Below are positions 1 to 7,920 of a DNA stretch of 32,000 nt, piece after piece; the stretch's first letter is position 1, and the number at the start of each line of letters is the position of its first letter. The notes beneath the pieces are model-generated. The model searched no databases and was not told the DNA's origin. It saw nothing but the letters and a program-made list of their open reading frames with translations. The position numbers and the translations under genes are program-made. Source of the DNA: an uncultured archaeon (GTDB lineage Archaea; Asgardarchaeota; Jordiarchaeia; Jordiarchaeales; Jordiarchaeaceae); assembly GCA_964510585.1 (NCBI GenBank), contig CAZECW010000082.1:1-32000 (forward strand), read 5' to 3'.

Positions 1-111
1 CCCAGTTAACACGCCCTTCCCTCAAGGGAACGGCGTCTATGTTGGCACCCTCATGGGGGCTGCGTCTTGTTTAGCCTCCTTGAGCCCAAGCCAAACCCTT
101 CAGCTACCAAC
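1..111 (-). ncRNA. Putative structured RNA or structured 5' leader inside the IS left end
   Basis: Nested stems 111-105/47-41, 104-101/62-59 and 96-90/75-69, a small hairpin 57-48 and a hairpin 36-11. Two G-U pairs form only on the minus strand. A BRE/TATA-like AAAAAG-TTTATTTG lies about 25-30 nt upstream. All three minus frames have stops between 106 and 37. Confidence 0.35.
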
Positions 112-196
112 AACTATTTATATACCCTACTTTCAAATAAACTTTTTGGCGATTCATCCCCACGACTAAAGTCGGGGGCTTTCTCACCAAGGTTTT
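1..196 (-). mobile_element. Left end of an IS200/IS605-family (IS608-like) element; the element continues beyond position 1
   Basis: The minus strand reads TTAC|AAAACCTTGGTGAG-AAAG-CCCCCGACTTTAGTCGTGGGG. That is a TTAC target tetranucleotide (200-197), an AAAG guide (182-179) and an imperfect hairpin with a bulged T (178-158), the layout of the IS608 left end. tnpA/tnpB are not in the window. Confidence 0.75.
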
Positions 197-572
197 GTAA
201 TTTTTTGGGATTTTAGGCTCCTTCTATTTTACATACATCATATGGCAAAACAAGGAAGCGGAGTCCAACCGTATCAAGTAAACAAATACAGGTTCAAAGC
301 GAACTGTATGCCTGCAGAAACCTAAGGGTGCTTAATTAGAGTTGTCGGATTGTCCCTGCGAAGATCTGGAGTGGAAGACCCACGCTTGTTAGGATGAGTG
401 TGTGAATCGGGTAACTTGCCAGCCGCCCCATTGGGCGGTTCGGTGTTCCAAAAAACCTTCTTGGCTTGAGGGGTTTGTGGAAGCATTTAAATTATAGGGT
501 ATCCTACAGATTAGGATTAAGGCTGAAAAGTGTTCCTAACTTCTTACATGAAAATAAAGGGGATTAATAAAG

Positions 573-1115
573 TTGGTTCCCTTATATAAATACATAAAGT
601 ATTCTGAATTAAAAGAGTCTGATTTCTGGGAATTTTTCGGTCTAAATGAACTAGAATCTAGGGAAACTGATAATGGACTTTCTGTAAAAATGATTAAGAC
701 GGGCGGTTTTCAGGAGTATATTGATATTGAATTTTATGTAAATAAATCTGATGAGATTTTTAGAGCTATTCTAAAATTGAAACGTTTATGGGTGGGAGAT
801 TATAAAAATCTGAATCCCTTCGCTAAGGATATTATAAAGAGTTTTGTCTATGCTATTACTCCTAATGAATATAAACAAAATGTTGAAAATCTGGTTAATA
901 TTTTATTTAGAATCCATGGATCCGAAGACAAGGTGATCTATATTCGAAAGCCGGATACAATTAAAATTGATAGTAGGATTCAGGATGTTATAAATGTTGT
1001 ATTGGGTTTGAAGGACTCCTTTATATATGAGTTAAATAGTTTAAGATTCGTATTCAGGAACCAAATAGAAAATGATATTTCATTTCTTCTGATTTTATTT
1101 GAAACTTCAAAATAA
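573..1115 (+). CDS. Hypothetical protein (AT-rich ORF, 180 aa)
   Basis: Long ORF with a TTG start after a purine-rich RBS-like sequence and protein-like composition; no recognised motif. Confidence 0.7.
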   Translation: MVPLYKYIKYSELKESDFWEFFGLNELESRETDNGLSVKMIKTGGFQEYIDIEFYVNKSDEIFRAILKLKRLWVGDYKNLNPFAKDIIKSFVYAITPNEYKQNVENLVNILFRIHGSEDKVIYIRKPDTIKIDSRIQDVINVVLGLKDSFIYELNSLRFVFRNQIENDISFLLILFETSK

Positions 1116-1411
1116 AGATAATTTTTTGTTTTAAGTAAAATTATTTATTTTTTAATTAAACATTTATAATTATGAAAAACCCATTTTGTAGCAATTGATT
1201 TAGCGGCGGGTTCAAGAAGACCTGCTCGTTGTTTTTGTGCTTTGCTCTAGCCTTCCTCAACAATCCTCCTGTCCTCAATTCTATACGCAAAAATGTTAAA
1301 AAATGGTAGAAACATGTCCTCTCAAAAAGCCAATCACAAAAACAAATATCACAAATAGTAGTGTTGCACAAAAAATATGGTTAAGCAATTGTGGGTATTC
1401 TTTTTTGTCTT

Positions 1412-2938
1412 TTATTTATTTTGTTTCCTTTTTTCTAGGTATTGTTTATATTCGTACATTTTGGCTAGGACTTCGGCTGCTGTTTCTAGTGTTGGGTATA
1501 CTACGGTGTTTTTCTCCCAAGCTTTGGGTATGGCTTTGGTGTCTGATGTGAGGGTTACTGCTATTATTGGTTTCTGGTACTTTTCTACTAGCTCGTTTAT
1601 TTTGTTTATGTTTTGTTCGTCTGAGCTGCGTATCCATTTCTGTGCCAGTGCTTCCATTGATATGCCTTTTTCGTCTAGTATTACGCCTTTTCCAGTTACG
1701 GTTACGCCCTTTTTGAGGGATTCTGGGGAGACAAATTTGATGCCACTCCCCCCTACTAGGAATCCTGAGGCAATGATGGCGTCAATGTTCTCGTCTTTAA
1801 CTAGCACTTCTAAACTTTTTGGTTGGATGCTTCGGTCAAGGGTTCCCACAAGATCCACTGGGTTCCCCTTGCTCCAGTATGGGGGGAGTATTTTGTCTAG
1901 TTCTTGTATTGTTTTTTCTTGAATATTAGGTATTACCAGTCCGGCCTCTTCACATGCGTCTGCAGCGACTACACCGTACCCTCCTCCCCAGCTCACTATT
2001 CCCACCCTGTTACCCCTAGGTAGTGGTAGATGAAGGAAGGCTTTTGCCAAGTCAAGCATTCCGTTAATTGTTTGCGCCTTAATGATGCCTGCTTGTTTGA
2101 AGACGGCATCATAAATCATATTGGAGCCAGCTAGGGCCCCACTATGTGATCTTGCAGCTTTAGCTCCCGCAGCGGATTTTCCAGCCTTCAGAACTATTAT
2201 AGGCTTTCTTTCTGTAATTTTTTCCGCTACTTCCATGAATGTCTTTCCCTTGCGTAGACCCTCTATGTATATGAGTATGATTTTTGTTTCGGGATCATCC
2301 CCGAAGTAGTTGAGGTATTCTTCGAGGGTGACATCTGCCTGGTTGCCTACGCTGACAAACTTGTTGAAGCCCACGTTTTCCGTGCTTCCCATAGAAAGCA
2401 GGTTGACCCCGATATTTCCGCTCATGGAGATGAAGGAAACTTCACCCTTCATAACTGTTATGGGGCTCATTATTGCTAGGAGGTTCACTTTTGCGCTGTA
2501 GACTCCCATGGTGTTTGGTCCCACAATGAGCAGTTTTCCCCTGCGGGCTATCTCCACCACTTCTCTTTCCAACTGTTCTCCTTCTTTGCCTGTTTCGCGG
2601 AATCCTCCGGCCAGAACTATTGCGGATTTTACTCCTTTTTCCACACACTCCTCTATGTGTTTAGGGACAGCCTCAGCCGGCCTCACCACTATTGCCAAGT
2701 CCACTTCTTCTGGAACTTGGAAAACTGTTTTGTAAGTTTTCAAACCCAGGATGTTATCTTCCTTGGGATTGATGGGGTAAACACTTCCAATGTAACCGTG
2801 GGACAAAATGTTTGAGAGGATAACCCAGCCCCACTTAAGGGGATTATTTGACGCTCCAATTAGAACAACTGACTTTGGCTCGAATATTGGGCTGAGGTCT
2901 CTGAATTGCTCCCCATTAGACATTTTTTGACCCTTCAA
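1412..2938 (-). CDS. acdA: ADP-forming acyl-CoA synthetase (acetate-CoA ligase) alpha subunit / CoA-binding protein
   Basis: CoA-binding N-terminus (PKSVVLIGAS...VYPINP), GPNTMG, SMSGN and the phospho-His loop SHSGALAG; no ATP-grasp beta domain. The start may be the ATG about 15 nt further in (MSNGEQ). Confidence 0.88.
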   Translation of the reverse strand: MKGQKMSNGEQFRDLSPIFEPKSVVLIGASNNPLKWGWVILSNILSHGYIGSVYPINPKEDNILGLKTYKTVFQVPEEVDLAIVVRPAEAVPKHIEECVEKGVKSAIVLAGGFRETGKEGEQLEREVVEIARRGKLLIVGPNTMGVYSAKVNLLAIMSPITVMKGEVSFISMSGNIGVNLLSMGSTENVGFNKFVSVGNQADVTLEEYLNYFGDDPETKIILIYIEGLRKGKTFMEVAEKITERKPIIVLKAGKSAAGAKAARSHSGALAGSNMIYDAVFKQAGIIKAQTINGMLDLAKAFLHLPLPRGNRVGIVSWGGGYGVVAADACEEAGLVIPNIQEKTIQELDKILPPYWSKGNPVDLVGTLDRSIQPKSLEVLVKDENIDAIIASGFLVGGSGIKFVSPESLKKGVTVTGKGVILDEKGISMEALAQKWIRSSDEQNINKINELVEKYQKPIIAVTLTSDTKAIPKAWEKNTVVYPTLETAAEVLAKMYEYKQYLEKRKQNK

Positions 2939-3206
2939 AAATGTTAAAAGGCTCCTTTCCTACAAAAAATCTTCATATCGAGAAGAGTATTTAGAACATT
3001 TGAAAGATATTTGCACGAAATTACTTAAAAGTATTTGGAAAAGAGCCAAAAAATAAATTGAAGGAAGCTTCCCTAAACTATGGTTCTAAATTATGTTTCT
3101 GGAACTAACTTTTGGAGAGTTGGTTTTGTGAAATATTTTTAATTGCGGGAATCATTTATGAAAATCGAAGGAAACTTCTAAACATTTTCTTGGTGGAGTA
3201 GGTTAC

Positions 3207-3653
3207 TTGAATAAGTTGAAGTTTCCTAAGGGTATTAGGTTCCAGTGTCTGAGATGTTCAAGGTGTTGTAGGAATACAGAGAAGGGGCCTAGGAGAATCT
3301 TATTAAGTGTTTTGGATTTGTTAAGGATAGAAAAAAACCTTGGTTTGAATAGGGAGAACTTCGCAGAGAATGTTCAAGGACCCCACCCTTTCACTTTTTT
3401 GATGAAGATGGTTGATGAGAAATGTATTTTTCTGGATGAAAATAACACATGCAAAGTTTATGAGTTTAGACCGCTTATATGCAGATGCTTCCCATTTTGG
3501 ATTGAGAGGCAGGGTAACATGTTTGAGTTTAAAGCTTCCTCGGACTGCCCCGGAATAGGACAGGGAAATATTTTGGAGAAAAAATTTTTCATTAGCCTTC
3601 TTAGAGAAGCGGTAGAGACTTATAAGCATACAAACGTAGATAATGATTCTTGA
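3207..3653 (+). CDS. YkgJ/UPF0153-family cysteine-cluster (putative Fe-S or Zn) protein
   Basis: FQCLRCSRCC ... CIFL ... CKVYEFRPLICRCFPF ... CPGIG Cys pattern. Confidence 0.85.
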   Translation: MNKLKFPKGIRFQCLRCSRCCRNTEKGPRRILLSVLDLLRIEKNLGLNRENFAENVQGPHPFTFLMKMVDEKCIFLDENNTCKVYEFRPLICRCFPFWIERQGNMFEFKASSDCPGIGQGNILEKKFFISLLREAVETYKHTNVDNDS

Positions 3654-3816
3654 CTTTTTATTTTGAAGGATAATTGAGTAAAAGATGTACGGCATATTTA
3701 GAATAATTTTTGTAATATGCTATTTTTGTCGAAACTATCTAAACTAAAATGGGTTATTTATATAAGTAGGTTATAATAATTCTACTTGCTACCGACGATT
3801 ATAGTGAGGGTTTAAG

Positions 3817-4506
3817 TTGTTGGAAAGCGTAGAAAAGGTGGTTAAAGAAAATTTCGACCCAGAAATAGTGGCAATGTTTATTAAAGAAGCTGTTCGAGTA
3901 ATTGGAGACCTCTTTGGTTCAGCATTCGTTAAAAGTATTATAAATTATGCGCTAGAGATGGAATCCGAAAAAATCGGCGAGAAAAAACCAGAGAACATCA
4001 ATAACATTGATGAGGCTTTTGAATACTTTAAAGAGCACAGGGATAAGTATCCTAACTTCTTTAACTGCTTTATTTACGGTATTGCAAAGGCTGAGAAAAT
4101 GTTCGAGGGGTCAACAGCATCGGGTGCAAAAAATCTAGCTCAAACCGCAATCAGAAAAATAATAGATAGTTCAGGACTGTTGAACGAAGTAAAGGGCAAA
4201 ATCTTAAACATTTACGAAGCCCTTCTACGATACATAGAGATAGTCGATATCGTTAGAGCTACAACCCCCCAACGCATAGTAAACCAGTCCGAAAAAGTAA
4301 TATTCCAAGAAATAGGGGAATGCCCTTGGAAAGACAGCTGCAAAGCCATGGAAAAAGAGGGAATTACACGAATGACAGGAGGACCGGAATGCGTAGTACT
4401 GATTACTAATAGTGCCGCGGTAAGTTTGATCTCAGGAAAACTTGTCGACTACAAATTGGACAAATTCAACCAGCCAAACTGCCAAGGAAGAATCTTTGAA
4501 ATCTAA
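3817..4506 (+). CDS. Hypothetical protein with a C-terminal Cys-containing, possibly V4R-like domain
   Basis: 229-aa ORF after a TATA box and a GTGAGG RBS; CPWKDSC...PEC...PNC motif. The fold assignment is inference. Confidence 0.7.
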   Translation: MLESVEKVVKENFDPEIVAMFIKEAVRVIGDLFGSAFVKSIINYALEMESEKIGEKKPENINNIDEAFEYFKEHRDKYPNFFNCFIYGIAKAEKMFEGSTASGAKNLAQTAIRKIIDSSGLLNEVKGKILNIYEALLRYIEIVDIVRATTPQRIVNQSEKVIFQEIGECPWKDSCKAMEKEGITRMTGGPECVVLITNSAAVSLISGKLVDYKLDKFNQPNCQGRIFEI

Positions 4507-4638
4507 ATCAAGGAAAGTAGAGCTTCACACTTCCCCTTCAATTTATTTAATTTTCACAGCGATTTTGGATTTTATCGTAGTGGTGACCAATCACTTATTC
4601 GCCGAAATTTTGAATAAAAGGGGTGTGGAAAATTTTTG

Positions 4639-5478
4639 TTAAACTGATTTGATGAACTCGGTTAATTCTTTGTTGAGCTTTTCGGGTTCTTCGTAGAGTA
4701 TGTTGTGTCCGCTTTTTTCGAAAATTACCAATTTCGAGTTTTTAATGTGTTGTTTCATGTATTTACTGACTTCTGGTGGAAAGAGTTGGCTCCCACCTCC
4801 GTATGCTAGGAGTACTGGCACCTTAATTTTCGGTAGAATATCTCTGTAGTCGTTTAAGCATAAACTAACAAATAGTCCTGTGGTTGCTAGGAGTGAGGTG
4901 TTGAGACTCATTTTGACAAGTGTCTCAATTTCTTCTCTGGGCAGGTCTTCCAGCTTTTTATCTCTGTGGTAGCCCATGATTACTGAGGCTTCCACATTTC
5001 CACGGGCATCTTCGAACAACTGTCCCAGTAGCAAAAGGCTTAGCTCGCAATTCAAGGCGCCACCTATCCCCATTTTCCAATCGTCACTACACATAAACTT
5101 TGGGGTCATATCTATAAAGCACATACCACTGAAATCTTCGTCTCCATATAATTTCAAATATTCAAAGAGGGTGGCCGCACCCATAGAGTGCCCCACAGCC
5201 ACTGGCTTTTCGAGTTTCAACTTCTTCATAATGGTCTTTAGGTCTCTTGCCAGCCAGTTTAGATTAAGGTGTTTCTCGGGCTTATCAGATTCCCCGTGCC
5301 CCCGGTGGTCATAGGTGACTACTTGGAAATGTTTAGAGAGTTCCGGCACTTGACGCATCCAATTTGCCCTTCCACCAGTCCAACCATGTATTAGAATCAC
5401 CGGCTTACCTTTTCCTTTGAGTTCATACCTTAATTTTACCCCATCTTCCATTTCTACAAAATTAGACATATCCACCAC
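4639..5478 (-). CDS. Alpha/beta-fold hydrolase (non-heme chloroperoxidase/MhpC-like)
   Basis: LIHGW, YDHRGHGES, nucleophile elbow GHSMG, C-terminal SGH catalytic His. Confidence 0.9.
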   Translation of the reverse strand: MVDMSNFVEMEDGVKLRYELKGKGKPVILIHGWTGGRANWMRQVPELSKHFQVVTYDHRGHGESDKPEKHLNLNWLARDLKTIMKKLKLEKPVAVGHSMGAATLFEYLKLYGDEDFSGMCFIDMTPKFMCSDDWKMGIGGALNCELSLLLLGQLFEDARGNVEASVIMGYHRDKKLEDLPREEIETLVKMSLNTSLLATTGLFVSLCLNDYRDILPKIKVPVLLAYGGGSQLFPPEVSKYMKQHIKNSKLVIFEKSGHNILYEEPEKLNKELTEFIKSV

Positions 5479-5794
5479 TTTTCCAACATATTTTATTGTG
5501 TGAATATTTAATTCCTTTTCATAAGATATATTTTTGTGAGAGTCAAATCAAGATGCATAAAGGTAAATGACACGTTTATCCGCGGCCTTTTACTATGGAG
5601 AATTTGGAGGACAGAATTAAAACCTGTTATTATATGAGTCGGCTTCCCAGTCAAGCACTGAGCCCCCTAAAAAAATTTGTGCATTAGGCTTAAGTCCATG
5701 CAATCTTGTGTGAAACTTCTGTCAAAAGGGGGGAATCAGTTTTAGAAAAATTGGAAAAGGAAGGATGAAGGATAATATTCTGTAGGTGAATAGG

Positions 5795-7474
5795 TTAGAA
5801 GTATGCTTCGGTTATGTATCTGCGCATCATTCTGTGGCTGTTAAAGTAGTAAGCGATTTTTCCAATGGAGTTCTTCATCATTTCTATCCATTCGTCTCTT
5901 CTCTGATAATACATGGGGACAATTACGTATTCCAACTTGTTGTACAGGTCTTCTAGTTCTCTAGCTCTGCGCTCCGGCTCTGAGACCTCTTCCTCTGGAA
6001 GGGGCCCTATTGCCCAGCCGGTTACTCCCTCAATCCAGCCTTCAATCCACCAACCATCAAGAACGCTGAAGTTTAACACTCCATTGTGTGCTGCCTTCAT
6101 TCCACTTGTGCCTGAAGCTTCTAGCGGCGGCATAGGAGTATTTAGCCAAACATCTGATCCTGGAATGAGCTTGAAAGCTGTGCTCATGTTGTAGTTTGGT
6201 AGGTAGGCTATCTTTATTCTGTCCTTTAGTGTTTCAATGTAACCGAAGATTTCCTTAATTAGCCTTTTTCCCGATTCGTCTCGGGGATGGGCTTTACCTG
6301 CGAATATGAGTTGGATTCTGCCCTTCCTATTAATTTTCCTTAGCTTATCCAAGTCTGAGAATATTAGAGTCGCCCTTTTGTATCCAGTAGCCCTCCGCGC
6401 AAATCCAATTGTTAGAGTGTTGTAGTCCATGCCTACCTTGGTTGTTTCGTTTACAAAATCTATTAGCGTCTTTTTGGCGTCCTGGTGAGCCTCCCACACT
6501 TCTTCGTTAGGAATCGTGTCAACCCTTACAAGTAACTCCGGCTCGTTAGCCCACCCCGGAATATATTTATCAAACAGTTTTTTGAAGGGGTCACTGGTCC
6601 ACGTGTAGGAATGAACCCCGTTGGTTATTGCATTAATCTGGTAACCGGGAAATAGTTGACTTGAGGTTAGCTGATACTTTTTGGACACACCATTAATGTA
6701 CTCGCTCAGGTTTAAGGCTAGGCGGGTCATGTTTAACAGGTCATGGCCGCCCAATTTCTTCAGTGTGTCCAAGGGAATAAAATCATCAAGAACCTCTCTG
6801 ACTAGGTCGTAGCTGAATTTGTCGTGTGCAGCGTCAACGGGAGTGTGGGTGGTAAATATACACAGGTTTCTGACCCTCTCTATGTCCATTCCAAATTTTC
6901 GCAATAACTCCAAAGCTAGGAGGCTGGAGTGTCCCTCATTCATATGGTACCTCCTGATTTGGAAGCCCAAAGCATCAAGAATTCTTACACCACCCACTCC
7001 TAGAACGACCTCTTGTTTGAGGCGGTATATTCCATCGTCTCCATAGAGGTTGTTGGTTATTGCTCTATCTTCTGGAGTGTTTCCCTCCACATCGGTATCC
7101 AGAAAAAGAACTGGGATAGCTCCCCCCACAAGACTTTTCACCTCATAAAGCCAGGCTCTAACTTTCACGTCCCTTCTTTGAATCTGCACCTTAACTTCTG
7201 CTGGGAGAAGTTTCATAAATTTGGATGGGTCCCACTCGTCGGGATATTCTATCTGCCACCCATCGCTGGTTAATTCTTGTCTGAAGTAGCCTTTTCTACT
7301 AACCAGTGTCACTGCAACCAGTGGGAGCTTTAAATCTGCACTCGACCTTACAGTGTCGCCGGCTAGTATTCCCAACCCCCCACTATATGTGGGAATTCCG
7401 CCATCTAGCCCTATTTCCATACTGAAAAAAGCAATACTTTGCTTTCCAATGGTGTACGGTAGGCATTCACCCAA
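5795..7474 (-). CDS. glgP: Alpha-glucan (glycogen/maltodextrin) phosphorylase, short form
   Basis: FFSMEIG...YSGGLGILAGD, HMNEGH, FTTHTP, GFARRATGYKR, AGKAHP and the PLP-Lys motif EASGTSGMKAA. Confidence 0.95.
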   Translation of the reverse strand: MGECLPYTIGKQSIAFFSMEIGLDGGIPTYSGGLGILAGDTVRSSADLKLPLVAVTLVSRKGYFRQELTSDGWQIEYPDEWDPSKFMKLLPAEVKVQIQRRDVKVRAWLYEVKSLVGGAIPVLFLDTDVEGNTPEDRAITNNLYGDDGIYRLKQEVVLGVGGVRILDALGFQIRRYHMNEGHSSLLALELLRKFGMDIERVRNLCIFTTHTPVDAAHDKFSYDLVREVLDDFIPLDTLKKLGGHDLLNMTRLALNLSEYINGVSKKYQLTSSQLFPGYQINAITNGVHSYTWTSDPFKKLFDKYIPGWANEPELLVRVDTIPNEEVWEAHQDAKKTLIDFVNETTKVGMDYNTLTIGFARRATGYKRATLIFSDLDKLRKINRKGRIQLIFAGKAHPRDESGKRLIKEIFGYIETLKDRIKIAYLPNYNMSTAFKLIPGSDVWLNTPMPPLEASGTSGMKAAHNGVLNFSVLDGWWIEGWIEGVTGWAIGPLPEEEVSEPERRARELEDLYNKLEYVIVPMYYQRRDEWIEMMKNSIGKIAYYFNSHRMMRRYITEAYF

Positions 7475-7539
7475 TTTTCCAGTCAGGCCTCTTTTCTTTT
7501 TTGATATTTTTTAGGTTCACGAGTCTTTTTACTCAAACA

Positions 7540-7549
7540 TTTATATAAA
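7540..7549 (-). promoter_or_regulatory. TATA box, likely for glgP
   Basis: TTTATATAAA about 65 nt upstream of the glgP start. Confidence 0.45.
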
Positions 7550-7920
7550 CAGTTAGCAGAATATTTCTATAATAGTGCTATAACCCCATCACTACTATTG
7601 ATAAATAATTGTACTTGCTTACAGTTAAGGCTTTTTGTATAATTTAGTATGTTAACTCCTTTGAAATTTTGGCTTTAAAGGTATAAATTGTGCTCTCTTC
7701 TATTTTAAAGTTTATGCTGTGGGATAGTATTTAAAGGCCAATGCTTTTATTAGCACATCTCTAAATATTTTTCGTAGGATACCCTTTTTATAGGAGCATT
7801 AATTTGTACACTTTGGAATTTGGTGAAGCTTCTTTGAGTGTTGATAAAATTTTTAAGGATTCAAAAAATTCCAAAAATTGATTGTTTTTAGCGTTTCTAT
7901 GGTGGTTGGGAAGGTTACTT

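Noticed and set aside
242-325. 27-aa ORF MAKQGSGVQPYQVNKYRFKANCMPAET
   Set aside because: Short, no RBS, and overlaps a hairpin; no evidence of coding.
244-480. Group II intron fragment (short matches such as AAGGAAGCGGA and CGAACTGT)
   Set aside because: The matches are out of order, and there is no domain V or RT ORF.
1172-1250. Possible frameshifted remnant reading FVAIDLAAGSRRP, reminiscent of DUF429/RNase H-fold N-termini
   Set aside because: Only about 20 codons; too short to call a pseudogene without a search.
3060-3178. Two copies of GAAGGAA(G/A)CTTC between acdA and the YkgJ gene
   Set aside because: Could be operators, but 11/12 identity in two copies is too weak to support a call.
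5595-5687. 30-aa ORF between the hydrolase and glgP
   Set aside because: No RBS or recognisable motif.
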